A DNA stretch of 64,000 bases from Carpediemonas membranifera BICM (lineage: Eukaryota > Protista > Fornicata): assembly GCA_019828565.1 (NCBI GenBank), contig JAHDYR010000025.1:496001-560000 (forward strand). The letters are read 5' to 3'. The translations under genes and the position numbers were made by a program. The first letter of the stretch is position 1. Every line of letters starts with the position of its first letter. The notes under the pieces were generated by a model. It saw only the letters and a program-made list of their open reading frames with translations. It was not told where the DNA came from and ran no database searches. This document shows positions 30,174 to 41,600 of this stretch, one piece after another.

Positions 30174-31502
30174 ATGCCTAAGCGTGGCGGTGTGAAGAGA
30201 AAGCAGCCGCTATTGGACCAGAGAAAGGCCAAGGAGCTTGATGTGATCGCAAAAGCCCATATGTACCGCGAGCAACGGAAGGAGGTCGCTGCTGAGGTGA
30301 ACGACGGCGTCGCCAACCTTAACGAGCAGTTCGTGGAGCTAAACAAGATGCTGCACACCACTGGTGGTCTTCAGGGTCTCCTGGAGGCCGATGAATACGA
30401 GAACGGTGGCAAGTCGCTCTTCGGCGAGACGCTCAACATGTTCGAGGACGACGAGAGCCAGGATGAGCCCGAGCCCGTCGCCGCCGCCCCTGTGGACTCG
30501 TATGAGGCGCGGTTTACGGCCCTTCTCGATGAGTACAAGGCCCTGTTCGCGGCCGGTGACGCTCCCGTCCGTTCCGCTGTGGCCGACCTCCTCGAGCGTC
30601 TGACGGCGTGCCTCGACGAGGACAAGGCTGCCGGGACCGACGTGCTGACCTCCATCGCTACGGAGGCGACAGCGACCCGTGAGGCCCCCTCCACGGCTGA
30701 CGCGGCGCTGCTGGCCCTGGGCGTCCGCCTCTGCCCCCACAACGCCGCAGCCATCGCCGGCGCCGCCTGGGCACTGAGTCGAGCCGTCGCCAAGCTGCCA
30801 TCCAAGCGGGCCCCCAGCGGCGGCGCGTGGACCACCGTACGCCTGCTGCTCGCCGGACTGACCGGCGCCGCTGTCGGCACCAGCGTCCTCATCCCCGAGC
30901 TGGCCACCGCCCTCGTCGTGCTGCTCGCCCGGTCTGCCCTCGCGGACGACCAGCGTGCGATGCTCACCGCAGCGCTGGACAGGGTTGTCACGGTCTACTC
31001 GGCCGGCAAGCCCGCCAACGCCGGGACCCGCTTCGACCCCACCCGGGATGTCGCCGAGTTCCGTCACCTGTCCGAGACGGAGGTCGCCCTGCGGACGCCT
31101 GTGCCCGCCCTGCCGGTGCTCGTGGCCGGGGCGGGGCCCGCCGTGCAGCAGGCCGTCGAGCGGGTCGCTTCTACCCGGACGCCGCTGCAGTGGCAGAAGG
31201 CAATGCGGGGCGAGGCCGTCGTGGCCATGGCGCCGACGATCGACCAGACATTCGGGTCGAAGGCCGAGATGGACAACAGGACGCTCAAGAAGCATCTCCG
31301 CAAGCAGGAGAAGCGCGTCGGTCGCCAGCTGCGGCAGGAGGTCGTTGGCGCGGCCCTCGCGAAGGAGGAGTTCCAGCAGCGCAGGGCGAAGCTGGCAGAC
31401 GCGCGGTGGGGCAAGGCGCAGGCAGCGATGGATGCGGACATCGCTAACAGCAAGAAGATGGTCAACCTCAAGAAGAAGCTCGGGCTGGGTAAGAAGGGCT
31501 GA
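30174..31502 (+). CDS. NOP14: Nop14-like nucleolar protein (compact)
   Basis: N-terminal ELDVIAKAHMYREQRK and C-terminal LKKHLRKQEKRVGRQLRQE. Confidence 0.65.
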   Translation: MPKRGGVKRKQPLLDQRKAKELDVIAKAHMYREQRKEVAAEVNDGVANLNEQFVELNKMLHTTGGLQGLLEADEYENGGKSLFGETLNMFEDDESQDEPEPVAAAPVDSYEARFTALLDEYKALFAAGDAPVRSAVADLLERLTACLDEDKAAGTDVLTSIATEATATREAPSTADAALLALGVRLCPHNAAAIAGAAWALSRAVAKLPSKRAPSGGAWTTVRLLLAGLTGAAVGTSVLIPELATALVVLLARSALADDQRAMLTAALDRVVTVYSAGKPANAGTRFDPTRDVAEFRHLSETEVALRTPVPALPVLVAGAGPAVQQAVERVASTRTPLQWQKAMRGEAVVAMAPTIDQTFGSKAEMDNRTLKKHLRKQEKRVGRQLRQEVVGAALAKEEFQQRRAKLADARWGKAQAAMDADIANSKKMVNLKKKLGLGKKG

Positions 31503-32624
31503 TAAATCACGCGCTTTACTGCTGGCTAAGTCAGCCTGGTGCTTGCGCTCAACCTGACACCCTTGGGTGAGGGATGCTGAAGTTGCTACACCAGACTCGC
31601 AGACAAACGATAGCCGACCCGTTCGGCCTGGTCGCGATGCTCAATCGAGTTGATTAGCTCTCTGACTTCAGGTCGAACCGTCTCGCACTGGGCCTACCTC
31701 ACTCATCTACATGGCGGACCCGGATCCCTCATCCGAGAGAATATGATCTTCTTGAGTGAGTGTGCGTGACGTGCTTGCATGTGCGACTCCAGCTGACTCT
31801 GAGTCGGAGCTGTCCCGGATGTGACTCGGCCGAGTCATTGTCAAGTCATCTCCCGCAATGTTCGCTGTTGAGCGGTATCGGCGCGTATTTCGGCGCGTAT
31901 TTCGGCGTTGTGCTTCAGGCTGCCGTCAATTGCTCATCTACGCTTCCTCAAAGCGTTTCTGGCTTGATTCGTGGAGCCTATTCCTTAATTTTTGCTGAAC
32001 CCATGCCCACCTCCTAGAGATCGCAGAGGTACTTCTTCAGTTGGAACCCGTCCCGAACATGTCGCATTGCCGAGCCATCATCCAGTGACCCCTCACGACT
32101 GGTGACCGCTCTGATGTCTTTGATTTGGTTCGTCACCGCTCGACAAAGGCAAGAAAATAAGGCATGCAGGAGGCAGGGTCTAGGTCGACCTGGACGATCT
32201 CGTAAACATCGCTGGACGATGGGGAGTCCCGCTCGACCAGCTCGATGCCGTCCGAGCATTCCGCCCGCTCAAGCCATCGGCCCGACGGGTGGCGGAACGA
32301 ATACGCGATGTCCCCGTCGACGTCCCGCGTGCTCACCGCTGTCGCCTCGAACTGGAGCTCAAACAACCCCTCAGCGGAGCATAAGTGGGTTCGACCCCCG
32401 CCCACCCACGCCAACTCCTCGTTGTAGAACCACCCCTTGACCCCCACCGGGAACCGGAGCGGGGTCTGCGTGGGGCAGACATCATTCTCAGCAAGGCCTG
32501 GAAGCAGACCCGCCGTTGCAATCAGGAGGGGGACCTTGCCAGTGAAGATGAGTTGGCGCGCCCTCAGGAACACGTTGAAGCCATAGCACGACAACAAGGC
32601 GGAGTTTACTACACTATTGTACAA

Positions 32625-35600
32625 TCAAAGCCCGCTCCACCCGGACGCCGACAGATCCGTCGTCTTCAGGCGCCCGAGCGTGGCATAGCCGGTTTTCCTC
32701 ACAGGGCCGGCGTTCTGCGGCAGCCTGCTGCTGCTCCCCTTCCTGTTCTCCGTTGCCGGGTTGTGCGTCCTAGTTTCGTGTGCAGACGATGCCTTCAGCG
32801 GCGTCGGGGCGGGGGATGCCCGCATCGTCTCCTGGAAGTCCATCATTCGCTTGGCGTCGAGCGTCACCTGTGTACGGAGTTGCTTCGTCTGCTCAGTTGC
32901 CCGCGCCAGGTCTTTGCGAAGCTGTTCGTTCTCAGCAGCAAGCGCGGTCTTCGCCTCCGAGAGCTGGGCCCGCTCGGCCGTGAGCCGCACCACCTGGTTG
33001 TTGTGGGACGCGTGCTGGCGCTCGTACTGGCGGTTGACCGACACCATCGCCGTCACTGCAGCGGTCAGGCCGGCCTGGTCGCAGTCGAGGATCTCGCACA
33101 GGTCCTCGAGCTGGCCCGTCGCCACACCCTGGCTGGCGCTCATGCTCTTAGCCTCTTCCTCTGCTGATTCTTGCGCCCGGCTCAGCTTGGCCAACTCCTC
33201 CTGCAACCGGGTCGCCTCGAGGCGCTTGACCTTCAGCTGGGACGCGAGTTTCTTGTTGAGGAGCACCATGTTCTTCAGCTCGGACGGCATGGTGTCGTTC
33301 TTGCTCTCAGTCAGCTTAGCCTCGAGCTCGGCCTTGGCGACGGCGTGCTCTCTCTTCGACTGGTCCAGGGCGCCTCTGACAGAGCTGAGCTCGTGGTTTG
33401 CCGCGGACAGCTTGGCCTCGAGCTCAGCGACGCTCTTCAGGGCTGTTCGGTCGGAGGAGCTCTTGAGCTCAGCGATGCGGAGGGCCTCGCGGGTCCTGGT
33501 CAACTCCTCGCTGAGCGCGGTCCGTTCGCGGTCACGGGACTCCCGTTCGCGGTGCAGCAGCACGGCGGCCTCTTGGCCGGCCCGTTCGAGCGTCTTGATG
33601 CGCTCGAGAGACGTCTTGAGGGCGACCTGCAGCTCATCCCGTTCAGCAATGGTGGTGCGCAAGTTCTCCCGAACGGTCTCGAGCCGCATGCTGCTCTCGC
33701 GGTACTGCTCCGTCTCGGCAAGTTGATGGGACAACGTGCCCACCTTAGCGAGGAGCTCGTCGCGTTGTACGCGAAGGTCGTCGAGAGTGGCCTCAGTGGA
33801 TTCATACCGGCTGACGGCGGTCTTGAGGTCGGCGTTAGTGGCTGCCAGACGGCCGATGAGGGCGGCGTCTGCAACACCGAGGCCGTCAACAGACATGGCG
33901 GCGCCTACGATGGTAACAGTACCGGCCTCGAGGACCTCAAGCGCGGCGTTCGTAAAGGAGCTCGACTCGGTAGACTCGAGTGAGAATGAGTCAATCATGT
34001 CAATAAGAGATTCGGTCTGGGCCAGGATTCTGTCCGTATCTGTCGTATCTCTCATGTGATCGACCAGATTGCGGGCAGCGCCCAAGACGAGCGAGCACTC
34101 TATGAGCTTCTCTGACTGGGCAGTCGCCTTCTTGCGGGTCTCCTCGAGCTCCGCGAGGGTTGAGGCGATGTCGTTCTTCTCGTTTGCTCGCTGGAGGGCA
34201 CGAAGCTGCTGCCTATCGAGCACGAGCTGGTCGACACAGGGGTGGACGCCGTCGAGGGCGTTGGTAGCCCCACGTAGGGCGCGCATCACAGCCTGCATGG
34301 TGTCGAGCGGCGCGGCACCCATCGTGGGCGGGCGGACCCTTGTCGAAGAGTCTGTGGCCGAGCAGAGCCTGTTGACGGCCTCAGCGAGCTGGGTCATGAC
34401 GGGCAGCGTGTCCTCTACGGCGGACTGGATGTGCTCGACGGACTCGGCGAGCTGCTCTGCCCTCCGGTCGCTCATGTCCCTCTCAGACCTTAGCTGGGAC
34501 AGGCTGGCCTCCAGTGTTGCCGACTGCGCCCTAGCAGACTCCTGGGCGATCATGGCGTCACTGTGGCGGTGCTTGAGCTCGCCCTGCTGCTGTTCGAAGT
34601 GCGCCTTGAGGTCCGACATGCTGGCTGTGAACTGGCTCTTCAGAGCCGAGACGTGCTCGCGGTTGGCGGCCACGGTGGTCTCGACGGCCTCGGCCTGCTC
34701 CCGCTTCAGCTTGCGGACAGTCTCCTCGTGCTGGCGCCGGGTCTCGGCGAGCTCCTCAGCGACGTCGGCCAGTTTCTGGGCCATCCGAGTCCGCGTCTCC
34801 TCCGCAGCGTGCTCAGCGTCAGCGGCCTTGCGTTCGAACTCGGCGGTGAGCTCACGGTAGAGCGCCTGCTTGGACGCCCGCACGGCCTGGAGGTCTTCGT
34901 CGTGGCGGGACTGGATCTCCTCGAGGTCCTCGTCGTGCTGGCGCTGGAGCTCGTCGATCTGGTTGGCGTGCTTGGCCTTCTGCTTCTCGAGGTCGGCCTG
35001 CTCGTCGCGCAGCTGCGACTCGAACATTGACAGACGCGACTCGTAGTTGTCCACGGTCTGCTTCAGCTTGTCGGCAGACGCCTTGGCCTGCAGCTCGATA
35101 CGCTCGTTGTAAGAAGCCTCGAGCGCCGCGATGCGGTCCTCGTAAGTGCGGCGGAAGTCGCCGGCGGTAGCGGTCGACGTCTCGCTGAGGCGAGCGATCT
35201 CGGCGTCGTGCTTGGCGAGAGTCTTCTCGAGCTCTTCGGCGTGGGCGGCCTTGAGGTCGGCGATAGTCGCGTTGAGCTTCTCGATGCGGTCGGACAGCTC
35301 GGCGATCTTGTCGTCGGTGCGCTCCTTGAGTTTCGCGTACTTCTCGTCGTGCTCGGCGGTCAGGCGCTGCTGGAGCTCATAACTCGTGGCGTCAGCAGCT
35401 TCCTCGGCCTCGGCGATCTTTGCGTTGAGGCGCTCGCGGATGGATTCGAACTCCTCGCGCGCGGCGGCAAGCTCCTCGGCGGAGGTCTGCTCGATGTGCT
35501 CGATCTGCTTGGCATGCTTGGCCTTCTGCTTCTCCAGGTCGGCCTGCTCGTCGCGCAGCTGCGACTCGAGCGTCGCGACCGTGTTGGCGTGCGCGGCGCG

Positions 35601-38600
35601 GAGGTCCTCAATCTTGCTCTCGTTGATTGCGTTAGCATTCGAGAGGCGCGACTCGAAAGCAACGATCGTCTGCTGAAGCTTCTCCGCGGCCGTCTTCGTC
35701 TGCAGCTCGATACGCTCGCTATAGGAGGCCTCGAGCGCCGCGATGCGGTCCTCGTAAGTGCGGCGGAAGTCGCCGGCGGTAGCGGTCGACGTCTCGCTGA
35801 GGCGAGCGATCTCGGCGTCGTGCTTGGCGAGAGTCTTCTCGAGCTCTTCGGCGTGGGCGGCCTTGAGGTCGGCGATAGTCGCGTTGAGCTTCTCGATGCG
35901 GTCGGACAGCTCGGCGATCTTGTCGTCGGTGCGCTCCTTGAGTTTGGCAAAGCGCTCGTCGTGCTCGGCAGCAAGGCGCTGCTGGAGCTCAAGCTTCTGG
36001 TCCTCGAAAGCGTCCTCGGTGTCGGCGATCTGAGCCAGAAGCCTCTCCTTGGTCGCGCTGAAGTCGGCCTCGGTGCTCTTGAGCTTGGCCTCGAGCGCTG
36101 CGACCGCGCTCTTGTTGGCGGTGTTGGCGTCCTCGATCTTCTGGGCGGCGGCGGAGCGGGTCTTGTTGCAGGCCTCGTCGGCGTTGATCGTGACCTGCTT
36201 GAGCTTCAGGTCGAAGATCAGATAGGCGCTGCGCTCCTGCTCCTCATACGTCCTCTTCAGGCTGTCGAGCTGCTCCATGTGCGATTTGTTGATGTGCTCG
36301 AGGCGTGACTCGTAGCCGTCGATCGCCTGCTGCAGCTTCTCCGCGGCCGTCTTCGTCTGCAGCTCGATACGCTCGCTATAGGAGGCCTCGAGCGCCGCGA
36401 TGCGGTCCTCGTAAGTGCGGCGGAAGTCGCCGGCGGTAGCGGTCGACGTCTCGCTGAGGCGAGCGATCTCGGCGTCGTGCTTGGCGAGAGTCTTCTCGAG
36501 CTCTTCGGCGTGGGCGGCCTTGAGGTCGGCGATAGTCGCGTTGAGCTTCTCGATGCGGTCGGACAGCTCGGCGATCTTGTCGTCGGTGCGCTCCTTGAGT
36601 TTCGCGTACTTCTCGTCGTGCTCGGCGGTCAGGCGCTGCTGGAGCTCATAGCTCGTGGCGTCAGCAGCTTCCTCGGCCTCGGCGATCTTTGCGTTGAGGC
36701 GCTCGCGGATGGATTCGAACTCCTCGCGCGCGGCGGCAAGCTCCTCGGCGGAGGTCTGCTCGATGTGCTCGATCTGCTTGGCATGCTTGGCCTTCTGCTT
36801 CTCCAGGTCGGCCTGCTCGTCGCGCAGCTGCGACTCGAGCGTCGCGACCGTGTTGGCGTGCGCGGCGCGGAGGTCCTCAATCTTGCTCTCGTTGATTGCG
36901 TTAGCATTCGAGAGGCGCGACTCGAAAGCAACGATCGTCTGCTGAAGCTTCTCCGCGGCCGTCTTCGTCTGCAGCTCGATACGCTCGCTATAGGAGGCCT
37001 CGAGCGCCGCGATGCGGTCCTCGTAAGTGCGGCGGAAGTCGCCGGCGGTAGCGGTCGACGTCTCGCTAAGGCGAGCGATCTCGGCGTCGTGATTGGCGAG
37101 AGTCTTCTCGAGCTCTTCGGCGTGGGCGGCCTTGAGGTCGGCGATAGTCGCGTTGAGCTTCTCGATGCGGTCGGACAGCTCGGCGATCTTGTCGTCGGTG
37201 CGCTCCTTGAGTTTCGCGTACTTCTCGTCGTGCTCGGCGGTCAGGCGCTGCTGGAGCTCACAGCTCGTGGCGTCAGCAGCTTCCTCGGCCTCGGAGATCT
37301 TTGCGTTGAGGCGCTCGCGGATGGATTCGAACTCCTCGCGCGCGGCGGCAAGCTCCTCGGCGGAGGTCTGCTCGATGTGCTCGATCTGCTTGGCATGCTT
37401 GGCCTTCTGCTTCTCCAGGTCGGCCTGCTCGTCGCGCAGCTGCGACTCGAACATTGACAGACGCGACTCGTAGTTGTCCACGGTCTGCTTCAGCTTGTCG
37501 GCAGACGCCTTGGCCTGCAGCTCGATACGCTCGTTGTAAGAAGCCTCGAGCGCCGCGATGCGGTCCTCGTAAGTGCGGCGGAAGTCGCCGGCGGTAGCGG
37601 TCGACGTCTCGCTGAGGCGAGCGATCTCGGCGTCGTGCTTGGCGAGAGTCTTCTCGAGCTCTTCGGCGTGGGCGGCCTTGAGGTCGGCGATAGTCGCGTT
37701 GAGCTTCTCGATGCGGTCGGACAGCTCGGCGATCTTGTCGTCGGTGCGCTCCTTGAGTTTGGCAAAGCGCTCGTCGTGCTCGGCAGCAAGGCGCTGCTGG
37801 AGCTCAAGCTTCTGGTCCTCGAAAGCGTCCTCGGTGTCGGCGATCTGAGCCAGAAGCCTCTCCTTGGTCGCGCTGAAGTCGGCCTCGGTGCTCTTGAGCT
37901 TGGCCTCGAGCGCTGCGACCGCGCTCTTGTTGGCGGTGTTGGCGTCCTCGATCTTCTGGGCGGCGGCGGAGCGGGTCTTGTTGCAGGCCTCGTCGGCGTT
38001 GATCGTGACCTGCTTGAGCTTCAGGTCGAAGATCAGATAGGCGCTGCGCTCCTGCTCCTCATACGTCCTCTTCAGGCTGTCGAGCTGCTCCATGTGCGAT
38101 TTGTTGATGTGCTCGAGGCGTGACTCGTAGCCGTCGATCGCCTGCTGCAGCTTCTCCGCGGCCGTCTTCGTCTGCAGCTCGATACGCTCGCTATAGGAGG
38201 CCTCGAGCGCCGCGATGCGGTCCTCGTAAGTGCGGCGGAAGTCGCCGGCGGTAGCGGTCGACGTCTCGCTAAGGCGAGCGATCTCGGCGTCGTGCTTGGC
38301 GAGAGTCTTCTCGAGCTCTTCGGCGTGGGCGGCCTTGAGGTCGGCGATAGTCGCGTTGAGCTTCTCGATGCGGTCGGACAGCTCGGCGATCTTGTCGTCG
38401 GTGCGCTCCTTGAGTTTCGCGTACTTCTCGTCGTGCTCGGCGGTCAGGCGCTGCTGGAGCTCATAGCTAGTGGCGTCAGCAGCTTCCTCGGCCTCGGCGA
38501 TCTTTGCGTTGAGGCGCTCGCGGATGGATTCGAACTCCTCGCGCGCGGCGGCAAGCTCCTCGGCGGAGGTCTGCTCGATGTGCTCGATCTGCTTGGCATG

Positions 38601-41600
38601 CTTGGCCTTCTGCTTCTCCAGGTCGGCCTGCTCGTCGCGCAGCTGCGACTCGAGCGTCGCGACCGTGTTGGCGTGCGCGGCGCGGAGGTCCTCAATCTTG
38701 CTCTCGTTGATTGCGTTAGCATTCGAGAGGCGCGACTCGAAAGCAACGATCGTCTGCTGAAGCTTCTCCGCGGCCGTCTTCGTCTGCAGCTCGATACGCT
38801 CGCTATAGGAGGCCTCGAGCGCCGCGATGCGGTCCTCGTAAGTGCGGCGGAAGTCGCCGGCGGTAGCGGTCGACGTCTCGCTGAGGCGAGCGATCTCGGC
38901 GTCGTGCTTGGCGAGAGTCTTCTCGAGCTCTTCGGCGTGGGCGGCCTTGAGGTCGGCGATAGTCGCGTTGAGCTTCTCGATGCGGTCGGACAGCTCGGCG
39001 ATCTTGTCGTCGGTGCGCTCCTTGAGTTTCGCGTACTTCTCGTCGTGCTCGGCGGTCAGGCGCTGCTGGAGCTCATAGCTCGTGGCGTCAGCAGCTTCCT
39101 CGGCCTCGGCGATCTTTGCGTTGAGGCGCTCGCGGATGGATTCGAACTCCTCGCGCGCGGCGGCAAGCTCCTCGGCGGAGGTCTGCTCGATGTGCTCGAT
39201 CTGCTTGGCATGCTTGGCCTTCTGCTTCTCCAGGTCGGCCTGCTCGTCGCGCAGCTGCGACTCGAACATTGACAGACGCGACTCGTAGTTGTCCACGGTC
39301 TGCTTCAGCTTGTCGGCAGACGCCTTGGCCTGCAGCTCGATACGCTCGTTGTAAGAAGCCTCGAGCGCCGCGATGCGGTCCTCGTAAGTGCGGCGGAAGT
39401 CGCCGGCGGTAGCGGTCGACGTCTCGCTGAGGCGAGCGATCTCGGCGTCGTGCTTGGCGAGAGTCTTCTCGAGCTCTTCGGCGTGGGCGGCCTTGAGGTC
39501 GGCGATAGTCGCGTTGAGCTTCTCGATGCGGTCGGACAGCTCGGCGATCTTGTCGTCGGTGCGCTCCTTGAGTTTGGCAAAGCGCTCGTCGTGCTCGGCA
39601 GCAAGGCGCTGCTGGAGCTCAAGCTTCTGGTCCTCGAAAGCGTCCTCGGTGTCGGCGATCTGAGCCAGAAGCCTCTCCTTGGTCGCGCTGAAGTCGGCCT
39701 CGGTGCTCTTGAGCTTGGCCTCGAGCGCTGCGACCGCGCTCTTGTTGGCGGTGTTGGCGTCCTCGATCTTCTGGGCGGCGGCGGAGCGGGTCTTGTTGCA
39801 GGCCTCGTCGGCGTTGATCGTGACCTGCTTGAGCTTCAGGTCGAAGATCAGATAGGCGCTGCGCTCCTGCTCCTCATACGTCCTCTTCAGGCTGTCGAGC
39901 TGCTCCATGTGCGATTTGTTGATGTGCTCGAGGCGTGACTCGTAGCCGTCGATCGCCTGCTGCAGCTTCTCCGCGGCCGTCTTCGTCTGCAGCTCGATAC
40001 GCTCGCTATAGGAGGCCTCGAGCGCCGCGATGCGGTCCTCGTAAGTGCGGCGGAAGTCGCCGGCGGTAGCGGTCGACGTCTCGCTAAGGCGAGCGATCTC
40101 GGCGTCGTGCTTGGCGAGAGTCTTCTCGAGCTCTTCGGCGTGGGCGGCCTTGAGGTCGGCGATAGTCGCGTTGAGCTTCTCGATGCGGTCGGACAGCTCG
40201 GCGATCTTGTCGTCGGTGCGCTCCTTGAGTTTCGCGTACTTCTCGTCGTGCTCGGCGGTCAGGCGCTGCTGGAGCTCATAGCTCGTGGCGTCAGCAGCTT
40301 CCTCGGCCTCGGCGATCTTTGCGTTGAGGCGCTCGCGGATGGATTCGAACTCCTCGCGCGCGGCGGCAAGCTCCTCGGCGGAGGTCTGCTCGATGTGCTC
40401 GATCTGCTTGGCATGCTTGGCCTTCTGCTTCTCCAGGTCGGCCTGCTCGTCGCGCAGCTGCGACTCGAGCGTCGCGACCGTGTTGGCGTGCGCGGCGCGG
40501 AGGTCCTCAATCTTGCTCTCAAACGCCATGCGAACGTTCTCGAGCCTGGTCTCGTAGACCTCCGTGGTGTGCGTCAGCTTATCCGCGGCGTTCCTCGACT
40601 GGAACTCGAGCCGCTCAGTCAATGCACCGACGGATTCCTCGAGGAGGGTCTCACCCCGCTCCTTGTGGTCAGCCAGGGCCTTGGCGGACTGCTGCTTGAG
40701 CTGGGCGACCTCGCTGTCGTGTGTCTCGCGGATAGCTTGCATCTCGGCCTCATGCGTCTTTTGCTGCTCGGCCATTGCGGCGTTGAGGTGTGAGATCTGA
40801 TCGTTCAGGTCCGCAGCAGACGCGTCGGTGCGGATGCAGAGCTTGGCGTACTTCTTCTCGTGCGCCGCGGTGAGCTCCTGCACGGTGTCGTGGAGCTCCT
40901 CCTCTGACTGCTGCCGAAGCTGCGCCATCTTGGCCTGGAGACGGGCCTTCTCCTGCTCGATCTCGTGCTGCTTGGCCATCATCGCCTGCTCATGTTCGGC
41001 GGCCATCGTCTCTAGCTGGTTGTTCGACTCCTCGATGAGCTCCAGGCGCTCGGCCTCGTGCCGCTCCTGGGCGACTGCGAGGGTGACCCGGGCGGCCTCC
41101 TGTACAGCTGAGATCCGGTTTTTGGTCGCCTCCGTGTCAGCCGCGGCTGCGATCTTTGCTTCGGCAAGCTCGAGCTTTCTCCCCAGCTCGGCGCGGACTT
41201 TGGCAAGCTCGGCCTCGAGGGCCCTGCCCCGCTCCACGGCCCCGCTAGCTTCAGCAGCAGCCACGGGATCCTCAGGAGTGGACATGAGCAGCATCTTGAC
41301 GGTGTGATCGGCCTTGGTCTTGCTCAGGCGGGACGCATACTGCATCTGGGCCCGCTGCACGCGGAACTTAGCCTGCCGCTCGATCTGATGCACGGCGTCG
41401 CGGGTGGCCTGGGTCTCGATCAGGCCTTGGAGGCGGTCTCTGATTAGGGTCTGGGCGGTGTCGAGCTCCGCGTTGAGATGGGTGACTTGTTCAGTGAGGG
41501 CCTCGATGTGCTCGTTGCTGTCGGCCATGGAGTTGCGGTAGCCTTGGTCCAGAGCGGTCATCTTGGCCTCGTAGGCGGTGCGGAGGCGGGAGAGCTCCTC

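Noticed and set aside
32761-40800. Many long plus-strand ORFs repeated across the array
   Set aside because: Antisense shadows of the GC-rich coiled-coil gene; the same applies to most overlapping ORFs in the track
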